DNA of 63,477 bases, filler included, from Dugesia japonica (lineage: Eukaryota): assembly GCA_001938525.1 (NCBI GenBank). It is 6 parts of 6 records of this genome, joined end to end, with 100 filler letters (N's around TTAATTAATTAA, not from the genome) between each part and the next. Parts side by side here need not be neighbours in the genome. Positions count along the whole stretch, not along the records: positions 12,732 to 24,902 come from MQRL01201313.1; positions 25,003 to 33,162 come from MQRL01399256.1; 4 more parts are not named here. The stretch is one strand, 5' to 3'. A program made the translations under genes and the position numbers. Under the pieces are notes generated by a model. That model made no database searches, had not been told where the DNA came from, and saw nothing but the letters and a program-made list of their open reading frames with translations. Within the stretch, counting starts at the first letter, position 1. Each line of letters opens with the position of its first letter. This document shows positions 13,343 through 25,149 of this stretch, piece after piece.

Positions 13343-13990
13343 TACATCTGTACATTAATGCTTGGATTATGAAATCATTAACGCCTCATACAAAACTCTC
13401 CCAAACAATAAAGAAAACTTGAAATTTCTAAATTCACATTACATTTACTTTTATTTTTATTCTCAGCAATATTACTACCACCACCAAAACAATTATGCTC
13501 ATGAACACTTATACAGAGATGACGGGTAGTCTCTTCAATGCACGTGGCATCACACCCATTAAATTTAAATTGATAAACAAGGTTAGAACACAAACCAATT
13601 GGTGCATGGGATTTCTTAACAAATCTATTAACAAACCTATGGGATGTAGAAAAACTTTTCAAAAAAGGGAGATCCTTAGCCCCTTTCAGAATCGAAATCT
13701 TAAATTCGTTTAAAGCCTTAAGAATAATAATTCGATAACACAAATGGCCCAACACAATTTGACAATGTGTTGTCAGGATCAGAAATATTTAATGCAGTTT
13801 TAATCTTTTTATTGAATTACAATTGCAATTATTACGAGAATAATTGCTGGACATAATCATTGATAGTTTTTCAGAATTCATTTAAAATAAAAGCTTCTAT
13901 CAAAATTTTTGATTTTTTTTGGTTTTTGATAAAAATTCGACATTTAGACTTTGTCTTCTTCAGGACTTTACTTTTTAATTTATTCAATAC
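13343..13990 (-). mobile_element. Penelope-like element fragment (GIY-YIG endonuclease plus pLTR hammerhead relic)
   Basis: SNLVYQFKFNGCDATCIEETTRHLCISVHEH is a degenerate GIY-YIG domain, followed by HNPSINVQ. Hammerhead-like motif at 13938-13966. Confidence 0.85.
13938..13966 (-). ncRNA. Degenerate minimal hammerhead ribozyme
   Basis: Reverse complement: GTC-CTGAAGA-A-GAC-AAA-GTC-(T)AAA-TGTC-GAATTT, with G12 mutated. Confidence 0.55.
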
Positions 13991-14805
13991 TTATTCTTAT
14001 AATAGTGTTGGGTGCAATAACTGGTTTAAAAAGAAATTATAACCAGGGGCATAAATCAGAAACAATAAAGTGAAGAAAAGGAAATCAGAGAAACTAATTA
14101 GGAATATTTGTCATTTTGATAAAATTATAATGATTATATCAATAAAAATCGGAAGTAAATGCAAAATGAAGAAAGAAAATATCGGGTGGATATAAAATTA
14201 GCCCTAATCAATTCTAATAATTAAAGGAAGTATAATTTATTACCTAAAAACAAGGAAACTATCATTAAAATAATGATTAATTAACAAGTAAAAAATTAAT
14301 TAATTTTGGAATAAAAAGAAATGAAATTAAGCAAAAATCTGTTTTTTAAAGATATATTTGCTCTAGAAGACCACAGAAAACCCCAACAAGAAAATTCGGA
14401 AAGAGATAGTACCTGTCAGACAAAGTAACGGGCAATTGAGTTTTCTAACGAAAAAGCCCTAACATTATCAGGAGGGTCTAGAAAAGGGGTTGAAGAATAG
14501 GCCAATAAGGGGCCAGAAAAACAACGAAAAACAAAGACACGAAAATCAGCCGGTGTCCTAAAAATAGGCACTAATAGTGCGGTTGAAAATTGTCAAAAAG
14601 TTTGGAGTTTTAGAGATATTACCAATGAGAAAAAAATGGCAAAACAAAAATAGTAAGCAAACAGGAAAGTAGTCGGGGTGCACATAAAAACCTATAAAAG
14701 CTCCACAAAATTTAATTGAAAAAATATAGATAACAAGACAACTTTTTTCATAAAATTAACTACGTTGAATTTATTCCCAAAAGGTTTTTACCTAATAAAC
14801 CCAAT

Positions 14806-14990
14806 TGTTGGGGTCCCACCTGAGTTGGATCAAAATATTTGTGGCTGGGGAAAAACAGCCCTCAAGGGACCCCTTTCAAGAATTTAACCTAACGTCCCTA
14901 GGTTAAGTATTCAGCTTATGGTGGTTGACCTCTCTCTTAATGGAAGGTTCACGCCCATAAGCTTTTTATTTGGGTTCAATATTTTCCCTT
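14806..14990 (-). ncRNA. Conserved structured terminal (U5-like) RNA domain, copy A
   Basis: Stems AGCTTATGG/CCATAAGCT, GGCTG/CAGCC and GGGGTCCC/GGGACCCC covary with copies B, C and D. Confidence 0.75.
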
Positions 14991-15033
14991 AAATTACACA
15001 AAAATTTCAAGTCAATGATACTCGAAACATTTA

Positions 15034-15428
15034 TTAGTATGACATTTCTAATTCGTCTAGCGCGCCAGGGTCTAGCCACTGGTCCGGATTAGTTCCTATA
15101 AAACCAAAGGCAGCAACATCATCGTTGTCGTCCCAAGGGACCCAATCTGGGTTGCCAATCTGGCGAGAAAGATCGACGATATATGGTTTTAAAAATTCTA
15201 TATTCCTCAGTAGCAGTTGCTTGGTTTCTGCTTCCAATGCCTTGGATTGGACGACTAGATTGCTCTGCTTCTTTACTATTAAATCCAACCTCTTTATCAA
15301 TCTATCCCTCTGGGCCAAATGCTTAAGTAGAGCCCGGTCTGTCTTACGCTTTAAGTGTCTTTCGGCCAGAAGGCAACGCATGATGCGATGGCACCCTCGC
15401 AGGCTATTTGGGAAGTCGATCCGTGGCC
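15034..15428 (-). CDS. LTR exon d (basic helical protein with W-D-D-N-D-D...WLDPGAL tail)
   Basis: Acceptor TCTAG|GG (phase 1), open to TAA overlapping AATAAA. Homologues at 27651-28024 and 51083-51435. Confidence 0.75.
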
Positions 15429-15570
15429 CTAGACAATTAAATGTTAATAAAAAGATATAATTAATTGATTTTAATCACAACCAAAACCCATTTCAATTAA
15501 ATCAGAGTAACACGTGTGAGGTAAAAGAATTTTTATTAGCAAATCCTTTAGTTACATATACATAAAGAAG

Positions 15571-15938
15571 CTAGCCAGAGGATGCCGATTTGGTTTGGGT
15601 ACTTTTACTGACCACAAGAGGTTCTAAGTAAGACTTTTCTCTAAGTAACAACACGTCGGCAACCAGTTCATTTTCACGGACATGGCTGGACCGGATTATC
15701 TCGGCAAATGACTCAATCTGTTTCTTCCACACTCGTTCTTGTGTGTCGGAGGCTTCGGCTTCTTTCCTAAACATGGCACGTTTTTTCTTATAACTGGATA
15801 CTTTACTGTTGGCCGCAGCTACTTCAGCCTTCCAACGACGTTTTGCTAGCCAATACAAATCGCTAGTGAGTTTGAGGTTCTCACTGGTATCTCGGATTTT
15901 CTTAGTAAGAGCTGTAGGACGGTTTAACGAGGAATGCA
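15571..15938 (-). CDS. LTR exon c (coiled-coil, HSSLNR...LAKRRW...QERVWK...TQT)
   Basis: Acceptor TTTAG|TG (phase 1), open to TAG, AATAAA about 35 nt later. Homologues at 27141-27499, 50803-50964 and 2925-3252. Confidence 0.75.
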
Positions 15939-16103
15939 CTAAATAAAAATAATAATAAATTTTTTCTCAAAGTATTAACATCCGAATTACTGACGCCTAT
16001 GTGATTTTACTTAAGGCATGAAAATTAACAAACCGTCTGTGTATTAATATTAAAGAAACCTTTATCTATAACATTACAACTGGAGAAAGTAGATTAAGAC
16101 TAA

Positions 16104-16469
16104 TTAAAACACATACCTAATAATCAATTTCGATAACAACAAATGAACAATAAGAGTCAGGGGTTGAGTTTTCGGGAGGAGCGGTGTTTTCGGCATCCTC
16201 TGACCCGGCGGGCTCCCTAGTTCCCCAGAGCATGTTGTTGATAAACGCCTGTACCACTGGTGGGGGTGCTGGAGGTTGATAACGAAACGAGGTAGCGAGT
16301 ACAATCGCTCCCCAAAACTCTGGATACGCGCTACCGCGGCCTCGACGGGAGGTAAATTTGACCTATCACACAGAATTCCCGCGTCACGATGATGGGGGTT
16401 GTGATGTCGTCGGAAAATCACGCGATGATTCCCTCGATCTATTATACGTTCCCATATAGATTCCATCAC
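16104..16469 (-). CDS. LTR exon b (WERIIDR...IFRR..NP..RDAG...SNL)
   Basis: Acceptor AATTAG|GTG. N-terminal half homologous to about 26553-26670; the C-terminus may be frameshifted. Confidence 0.6.
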   Translation of the reverse strand: MMESIWERIIDRGNHRVIFRRHHNPHHRDAGILCDRSNLPPVEAAVARIQSFGERLYSLPRFVINLQHPHQWYRRLSTTCSGELGSPPGQRMPKTPLLPKTQPLTLIVHLLLSKLIIRYVF

Positions 16470-16568
16470 CTAATTAAAGAATGAGAATGATTAATACGAA
16501 TAATATAAAAAAGAAAAAGTTTATAAGTAACTATAAAAACGCCAATAAAGTTGTGCATATATTTCATT

Positions 16569-16781
16569 TCATGGTAGCAATGCTGACAAAAGGAATCTTT
16601 CTGCGTCTAAGTCGACTCATGTAATTAAGGGGAACATTTCTGCAAAGCAACACAGATTCGTTTCGTCTGGATGCTCAATTCTCTCTTTAGTCAATAGATG
16701 AGCTATGAATTGCCTCATTCTAGCGGCCCGTCGCTGTCGTCGGATCCACTGTAAGGTATGGCGCAGTTCTGACGGCAATAA
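16569..16781 (-). pseudogene. LTR exon a (TLQWIRRQRR...EHPDETNLCCFAEMFPL)
   Basis: Acceptor TTTTTAG|TTA, one internal TGA. Homologous to 26194-26382. Not in the ORF track. Confidence 0.65.
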
Positions 16782-17586
16782 CTAAAAAGATGATAAATAA
16801 CTAGAAGCTGTAATTAGAATTGAGGTTCTCTCAGTCTGTCTAAAGATATGCAATAGGTATGTCTAACAGTGCGAACTGTAATGCTAGTTCCAACACCGAA
16901 ATCCCATTAACGGTATTCAGGAGAACTAGAAAAGAAAAATTACTGTTAACAGTATATCTATTATCAAAGACTGCTCATAAAGTGATTGTTAATCATGGCC
17001 CTGAAAGTAAATATAATACTAATGATGATAGCACTGACGCCACTCATCTCATCTTAATGATTGGAATGGTCATCATCAGCCATAAAATAGAAAAAATATT
17101 TATTGACCATAGTAGCCATGAGCTCGATTATTAACCGTGATTTTGACCCGCTACTAGGATTAATTACAGTATCGTTAATAAGGAGACTTATCACGATCAA
17201 GGACAACAGTCCACTGAATAATATTAATTAACATTGGCGATCATTTTCTAGAATCTGACGTATTCTACTAACTGGCTCATCGATTCCTATGATTGCATTG
17301 TAAATCGTTTATCACTACAACTTCATTATTGATTTATCGATGACGTATTGGAAGCAGGAAAAATGATTTATGTCTAGAGTCGACTTAAATTCATCAGATC
17401 TTTTGATTCGTAGACCATATGATCAGGATCATGCTACCCAAATACATAGGTTCGATTACAAATTGAAAAACAAAAAAAACGTGTTAGATGTTATGGAATA
17501 TAACTGTATATTAAAATGTTATTAAAGTATAAAATTGCATCATATTCAACTTGTAAGTTATATTAAATCCAAGTTACATGACAAAC

Positions 17587-18070
17587 ACTTACTATAAAAT
17601 TTTTCAACAGGAATTTCTGCAACAGTTGTGAACCACAGGGGTCAAATGAATTATTTCCTTGGACAGTTGATAACGAGAGTTATGTTTTCTGGTTTTCCGA
17701 TGCGCGATAACTGATGATAGCAACTTTTAATATTTTCTACTTTGCTGTAAAAATTCTGCTGTCGTTCTCCTTTTGAATTATAATAAATATTAAACGGTGT
17801 TCCTTGTAAAGGCTTAGTAAAATTTATTTTTGATGATCCCTTTCTGTTAATTTCATGATTCCTTATAAATGAATTTTCCTTACACCCCAACTTCTTACAG
17901 ATTCGCTGGTTATTTTTAACTGGAGTTTTAGGCTTACTATTGGTTCTAGTGCCAATTCTCTAAAATATGTTCAGAGTTTTGGAGCCGCAATTGGTGGTTA
18001 TTTTTGGAATGACACATGATAATTGTGTCTTTGTTTTATTTTTATTTTTAGGTTTCTTATTGGTCCGATC
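17587..18070 (-). promoter_or_regulatory. LTR promoter and leader exon donor (copy A)
   Basis: Repeated CCAAT, AACAAAG, TTAAAAATAA, then GGGGTGTAAG and a TATA-like box near 17865; donor GTAAGT at 17592. Colinear with 42891-43460. Confidence 0.6.
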
Positions 18071-19271
18071 AAGGAAACCCTGCAGCAACCTTCCGGATGG
18101 TGGTAGGATTTTCTTTTTAACAAATTCTAATGCTTCTTACAATTTTCTTTCTGGATTTTCTTACCAGAATTCTCTTTGATTTTCCTGAACGGAGTTATTC
18201 GGGTAAAACGGATATTGACTAATTTTACTTCTTTTTATTTTCAAATTAATTAATATTTTTTCTGTTAATTAATTATTCTCCCATAATGATTTTCTTGATT
18301 TTTATTATGAATTAGATAATTTCTTCTAATTCCCAATACTAATGTATGTTAGTTTTATGTTATCCGGTTCTTCTTATCCATCTCCAAGTTTATTTCGTTC
18401 TTTTTCCAATGGTTATTTCACGCTTTATTTTCTGCATTTCATTATTGGTAACTATAATGGTCCTGTTGTTCTTTTGTTGATTTGGGTTTTTTGGCCTTAT
18501 TTCCTTTTTTTAACGGGCGTTTCACCCCAACACTAATATTTGATATAAAAAACAATTTTAACCATTTCTGCACTGTATTACAAAATCTTTACAAGGTAAA
18601 TTGCCTCACTAATTAGACAAAGAAGAGAAATAAGAAGTTAAAGTAGTACCGTTTGAAAATAGAATTGAATAAATTTTGTATTAAAGGAAAGAAATTAGCT
18701 ATCAATTAATTCAGAGACAGTACGTCATTTAAGGAAAACCCCAAAATACCCTGTTGCAGGAATCTAAAATATAAAAGTAAGTAATGTATGTTTTATCTAG
18801 TATTAAATGTTTATTGATTTCATTTATAATAAAATGAATTAAATTGATTTTCTCCTTGACCCTAAATTTTAAAATTTTTTAACTCACCAAGTTCTCAATC
18901 ACCTGCTATCATCCAATGTTCTAATTGCTGTTAAAAATTCAAACCCGTTAAATTAAAAAACCTTTTTTAATATATTCAAAACCAAATTTGACATACAGTA
19001 ATAAATATTTATACAATTTAAAAGTTATTATAAATTCAATCATATCACAACGTTTGTTTTGTAATATTACATGTATCAGAAAAACAATAACTACAATCTG
19101 ATTTAAATACAAATAAGTGCAGTTTTGAATAACTTTTATAAATAATGATTCCAAATATATACATGTTTACTAAAAGTGAATTATTATTATAATTTTAAAA
19201 GTCAGGCTTAATACAGAAAAATAAGTTGAATTTTGCAAAAGAACAAATAATGTGATTTTAAAATATTAAAA

Positions 19272-19853
19272 TTATATTAATGGTGAAAGATCTGATACAG
19301 TTATGGATTTTTTAATATACAGCCGAGAAAACAACAGAACAATTATGATGAAAAATAATATCAGAAAAATAATTATTGCGATAAGAAGGATGACTTGAAA
19401 ATTGTATAATTTTTTTCTGCTATGACATTTGTCATTAGAATGAATAAGACCGCGTTTGTCGTAATTTTCATCATAACCTATACAAGATTTATTTCCAAAT
19501 AAATATCCTTTACTTGTAAAACTGCTTTTGCAATATTCATCACATTGTTGATTATCATCCAATCTAAAACTCAATTTATATTTGTATATAGATTTGCACT
19601 GGACACGATGAACATAGAAAACAGAATTTCGATTATTTGGAATACAATCCTTTAGTTCTATTGTATCTTCGACAAATTCATTCCCAATGAATTTTATTAA
19701 AGTTATTTCCATAATTCGCTTAAATGGGAAATTCGGACAGTTGGCAATCCAAATAACATGGTTGCAATCAATAAGTTCGAAACGAAAATTTAAATTGAAC
19801 ATATGACTTCTTTCTGATAATAAAATAATAAAGAAACAAATAGTCCAATCCAT
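19272..19853 (-). CDS. Orphan type-I membrane protein (signal peptide, Cys-rich ectodomain, TM helix, short tail)
   Basis: Intact 193-codon ATG ORF in AT-rich DNA. Hydrophobic N-terminus, 8 ectodomain Cys, long hydrophobic segment followed by basic residues. Confidence 0.7.
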   Translation of the reverse strand: MDWTICFFIILLSERSHMFNLNFRFELIDCNHVIWIANCPNFPFKRIMEITLIKFIGNEFVEDTIELKDCIPNNRNSVFYVHRVQCKSIYKYKLSFRLDDNQQCDEYCKSSFTSKGYLFGNKSCIGYDENYDKRGLIHSNDKCHSRKKLYNFQVILLIAIIIFLILFFIIIVLLFSRLYIKKSITVSDLSPLI

Positions 19854-21036
19854 TAAAAAATGTAAAACGTCTACAAATTATAATGAGTAAATAAAATGAC
19901 CAATCAGATATTTGTTACCATAGTTTCATTTCTTATTGGTGAGCTATTGATTAAATCATACATTTTTATGCAAATTATCAAACTTTATAATTAATTCAAA
20001 GTAGGTATCGAAATATTATTCATTAATAAGTATAATAATTTTCACTAGATTAAGAAAATGTCTGTAAAATCAAAATTTGTATCTAGAGTTGGCTAGCATT
20101 CAAAAAATTTCTTTGTTGTTAGTTAATTTTAGAAACAGTGATATTAATGCCAAATAGTGAGAACCAATATATAGTTAAAATATTGATTACATTAAAGAAA
20201 AAAATTCTTCGACATACTGTTTGTTATTTATAAAAGAGTAACATAAATTGCCTTAACTCTTGTAAATTAATTTAATCCTTTTAATTTTAATTTCTGCATT
20301 TTAATTTATTTTTCGAATATTTATTTAATTCTTATTCTTATTTTATCCATAAATTAACAAATAACTGCGACTAAGAATTTTAAAAATATTTTAGAATCCT
20401 GTTGGATTCTTAAGGATTTGAATGTAAAAGTTTATTTTATTCATTATGTTTTCTTATGGCTTATGGATTCATTTCTAAATAATATTGGCTTTGTCTAACA
20501 GGTTCGTGACAAAATAGTTATTTAAACATATTATGACGCATATTACAATTTTGGTTGTTAATATCCCCAAGTACTACTCTATATGGTTTCCGGACTCGAG
20601 ATTGACAAAAGAGAGGATGACTATGAACGATTTTGTTCATTCTCGCTCGTCCGCCTCTGGACTAATTGTTTTCCTTTAATTTTTAATTACACTACTTATA
20701 ATTTAATGAATTTCTTTACTAAATAAATAACTAAAATTAAATTTACCATCAACTAAAATGTATTTAACGCTTATAAAATTATCATTTAATTAAAATTACA
20801 AAAGTCAACTTTTAATAATAATATTAATAATAATAAAAGAACAAATAATGGCATTGAGTGAATTATTTGCCATCGATAATTTGATCGAGCTTTTAAAATC
20901 ACCTTTAAATATGATATACTTAGTGAAAAACGTCTCAAATGATGAGTTGATTTGCCACCACGATTTTGTTAAATGACATCTTTTTAAAATCTATTCATTT
21001 CTTGTTTTTTAATTTGTTTTTACTAAATGTATTTAA

Positions 21037-22700
21037 AACTCGATTTACCAAACCCGTCAAATTGACCGGTTTCGTAAATTCAGAGTTGATAAATCTATAA
21101 ACAAATATTTTATAGTAGAAATATATATGGAATATTAAGCATATATAAAAAGGTGTAATTATCTGAATTTGTTTTTTTCTAATAACCTCAAATTACGAGT
21201 GTTGGTATGTAGTATCCCTATTTTTTACCGATACCCGTCAAATTGACAGTTTCATTATACTAGTAGTTTTTGCTCTGAAATACACAGTTTTCCTTTCCTA
21301 TCTTTATCAAACTAGTTTATGAGTGTAGACAATAATTTTGCGTAGGAGGATACCTGTAGTATGCAAATGATATTATATGTATATAAGTCCCGCACATGTA
21401 TGACATATAAAAATCATGTAAACAGCAAAATTGTTAAAGGCGTCATATTTATGGTTAAAAAATGGGCCCAAACCTTTTCTCCCAAACAATGAATAGAAAT
21501 AAATTTATGGAAATCCTTAGATTTATACGATTTGATAATAAAGATGAGAGAAATTAACGTTTAAAAACAGATAAATTTGCACTAATTTCTAAAATGTGGA
21601 ATACATTTATAGACAATAGTCAGAACTGCTTTAAACCTAACGCGTACACAATTGATGCACAAATATTCCCAACCAAGGCCAGGTGACGATTCACATAATA
21701 TATGCCCCGGAAGCCCGACGAATTTGGCATAAAACTTTGGTTAGCATCGGATATAAGAAGTAAATATCTCATAACTGGATTTCCATATTTAGGCAAAGAT
21801 AACACACAAGTGTTGGACATACCTCTAATTGAATTTGTCGTCCTCAAACGAATGGATCCTTATTTAAGCTGCTGGTGAAATGTAACAAAAATACAATTTG
21901 TTTACAAGCCTTCCACTTGCGAAAAAAACAACTCTAGTTGGTACTATACGTGCAAATAAAAAAGAATTGCCAGCAGCCGCAAAAGCAAAAAAGGACAGTA
22001 TGCAAAATTTTCTTCAATACATCATAAATTAGAAAACCGTATCCTAACCATTTATAAAAGCCAACCAAAGAAGAAGGTGCATCTGCTCAGTTCAAAACAT
22101 AAGTTTGTAAAAATTGAAGAAAATTCAAAACGCGTCTCAGAGATAACTACATTTTATAATCAAACAAAATATGGAGTCGATGTTATTGACCAAATCGCAC
22201 GAAAGTACAGTGTGAAAGCCAGTTCCCGTAGATGGCTACTTCAAGTCTTCTACTACATACTATATTTAGCCGCTATTAACGCGTGGATATTGTATAAGGA
22301 GACTTCCAGAGTAAAGAAAACAAGGAAAAACTTCATTTTTCAATTAGCTGACGAATTGTCAGGTGATGATGAAGGTACATCAACAATGATTTCAATATAC
22401 AGTCAGACAAACAGACACACACTAATAGGAAATCCTGTCAAAATGGATTTTGCCAAAAAAATAATAATATGATATTTGCTCGAAATGCATCTAATATGTT
22501 TGTGGTAAATGTACCTTAAAAACATCATATATATGCAAAAATTGTTGTGAATAAATGTTAATACATTAATTAAATATTTGTTTTTATGTTAAAAGTTAAA
22601 AAATGAATAATATTTACCAAAAATCTTAATTTACTGAAAGCCGTCAAAATGGCGGGTTTCGGTAAATCTAGGTATACGATCAATCGCGGTAAAACTAGTG
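21037..22700 (+). mobile_element. piggyBac transposon, decayed
   Basis: Transposase motifs MNRNKFMEILRFIRFD, YMPRKPDEFGIK, FYNQTKYGVDVIDQ, SRRWLLQVF and C-terminal Cys. Imperfect TIRs (TTAA-AACTCGATTTACC ... GGTAAAACTAGTG-TTAG) and repeated CCGTCAAA motifs. Confidence 0.9.
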
Positions 22701-22789
22701 TTAGCCGGTTATTTCTTGCTTATTGAATATATCGGTTTTTACTAGTTCATCATCAGGAAATTGTGAAGAATCAATAAACAGATAACTGT

Positions 22790-23285
22790 GTGCTTATGTG
22801 GGAGCATCGTTGAATGCATTAAATACAAATACTTTATTGTGAGTAAATGCTTAACGAGAAAAGTTTGATCTCAAAAATTCTTAAATAAAATTAAAAAAAT
22901 GTACATTTAAATTACGAGTACGATTCATTTCACCTTCATAGAAAAGTTTCTGGGTGATGATGGTGACAGTTGTATTACTATGACGACCAGTTTTGGTAAA
23001 GAGATGATTAAAACCGACTTTTTCATTTACCTCTTTATTCAAATCATTTATTACAATAACATCATCAGGCTGCAATCGCTTGTTCTAATCATCATCGAAT
23101 CCGTTAATTATTGGCATGTTTTTTAATTTACAAAATTTTTTATCAGTCAACACGGTTTTATCTCCACCACCTTGATCCCAATAAATGTGTTTGAACTTAA
23201 TCTGAAACAATTTGACTTTGCAGTAATTTGCAAACAAAATATCTTTTACTGCTTATGCTTGGACCAATTTTTTGATAAACCACAT
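22790..23285 (-). pseudogene. Polinton/Maverick packaging ATPase remnant
   Basis: Degenerate Walker A (IGPSISSK), Walker B (VIVINDL) and LFTKTGRHSNTTVTIITQKLF...RTRNLNVH, typical of A32-like ATPases. Confidence 0.75.
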
Positions 23286-24546
23286 TGCTTTGTTGTATCA
23301 TTTTCGTAAATAATCATGAAGAATTATTTTGTTTTGATGAAGCACGCAAGAGTATAAAAGCTTGTAATCATTGTTATACAAACATTCAAACAATTATATC
23401 AAATATTAATTACAGGCCTCATCTTCTAAGATTCAATACTTGGAAAAACTTCGCCAATGTGTGTTGAAGGCAAAAGATCATACAGTAATTATACGTGAAT
23501 TGGGTAAATGTCGAATCATATGTTGTAAGAAACCGATTATGGACCAACAAATTACTTATAAAAATCTCAAATTTCCAATAGACAGTATTCAAGCCATTAC
23601 TGTACCATATAATCTTGAAAACCACTGAATTTATATAAATTAATTGATAATGATGTTTGTTGGTTTGAACCAGAATTATTTTCTACATTACGTACTAGTA
23701 AGTACAAAGCATTATTTGTTAAGTATTTTGATAGTAGAAAAATTGTAAATCTAGGACTAAAGTCTTTAGATTATCATGAAATCACCAAAGCAATTACAAA
23801 ATATGTATTGGAATATTGATTAAATCAAATCAATTAATCATCAACAAAAATCCTGTATATAAATGTATAATGTAATTATTTATTTATGATGGATTTCACA
23901 TTATAAAAAAGCAACAACAATAAACAAACATTCCAAATTCAACCGAAGTCACACAAAAGCACAAGTTGAACAGTTTATATCATCATCAGCAATAACAATT
24001 GGATCGACTTCATAATTCGACTATACGGACATATAATATTTATTGTGTCTACATGTTGGATGAACCGATTATTGTAAATCTTGAAGATTGTATAAATATA
24101 GAAAAATCCAAACATTTTTGTATAAATAAAAATATGAGTGAATGCAATAATGATAAAACGAATAAAGCAATGAAATAGTTGGATGTGGATATAGACTTTG
24201 ATGTATAATCTATTGATTAGATACAAAATCATCTTTACTTACCAGATTATAAAGTAGCAATTTTGGATGTTATTGATTAAGAATTAAAAAGGTTGCCCAA
24301 GTCAATAAAATGTCGACTCGAAATTCATTAAAATAATTTCCAACAAATGAATAATTAAAAAAAAGTTGCCTTGTAATATATCAAATAAATAGTGAATAAT
24401 AATCAATAAATTGTATATGTGGATACTTTAAATATAGTTTGTTTTTGTTTCAAAATTTGTCATTGATTTTCAAAAAAATTTTAATCTTTAGTAATAATTT
24501 ATAATTATTACCATTTATTTTAATATTATTATATTTATTAATATAC

Positions 24547-24780
24547 TACGCTGTCTGGAAAATTCCTGGGATATTTAAGAAAGAATAAAATCAAACAAAA
24601 TAATTTCTTCAATTCAACATAAGACCCTTATAGCTCAATACAACGATTCCAGCGATTCTCAAGTTTTTTGATGCCTTCTAACAATAATTTGACTGTAATC
24701 CATTAAAAGATGGTTCCGTTTCCCGTTTTCCTTCCTCCTTTAAATTAAAACCATTGCCGGAAAAGAATCTTTTAAAATAT
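24547..24780. mobile_element. Mariner-like terminal remnant
   Basis: TA-CG start and subterminal CCAGCGATTCTCAAGTTTTTTGATGCC, reminiscent of mariner ends. Confidence 0.4.
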
Positions 24781-24783
24781 TGG

Positions 24784-24902
24784 AGTAGATGGATAGTAGC
24801 GCAGAACACCACGCATACGTTCAGTAGACCCCCCGCCCCCTATACGTAATCGGATTATTACATAAGTGGTTTTGAATTTTTCTAATGTAAATAGGCGGCG
24901 GC
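24784..24902 (+). mobile_element. Polinton/Maverick-type terminus
   Basis: AGTAGATGGATAGTAGCG...ACGTAATCGGATTATTACATAA...TTTTTCTAATGTAAATAGGCG, an inverted near-copy of 33263-33370. Confidence 0.7.
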
Positions 24903-25149
24903 NNNNNNNNNNNNNNNNNNNNNNNNNNNNNNNNNNNNNNNNNNNNTTAATTAATTAANNNNNNNNNNNNNNNNNNNNNNNNNNNNNNNNNNNNNNNNNN
25001 NNAAATTATGAACATATACTCGCATATCGTAAATCTGTGAAAAAACAACAAACTCATAAGCAAGTAGGTGTGTACCCAGGGAATGAGTCACACTAAATAA
25101 GCCAATATAACAGTATGCATACACACGTATGAATAACAGGTTACAACGG

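Larger units (their letters stand above)
14806..18532 (-). mobile_element. Complete 3727-bp solo LTR-like unit with internal coding exons (copy A)
   Basis: Termini TGTTGGGGT...ACCCCAACA. Flanks CCAAT (14801-14805) and CTAAT (18533-18537) form a 5-bp TSD with one mismatch. No gag, pol or transposase inside. Confidence 0.85.
14006..18830 (+). mobile_element. Coding-LTR 5' portion (copy E), split by nested copy A
   Basis: Begins TGTTGGGTG. Promoter block homologous to copies A, D and F; TATA box CCTATAAAAG at 14691. Resumes after 18537 with the conserved CTGTTGCAG...GTAAGT leader donor (about 18751-18782). Confidence 0.7.

Noticed and set aside
5048-18532. Copy A as the 5' LTR of the minus-strand Gypsy at 5048-8816
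   Set aside because: Copy A has its own TSD, is nested in copy E and has no adjacent PBS, so it is a solo unit.
23285-24330. Decayed plus-strand reading frames beside the Polinton ATPase
   Set aside because: Possibly Polinton accessory genes, but no recognisable motif supports a call.
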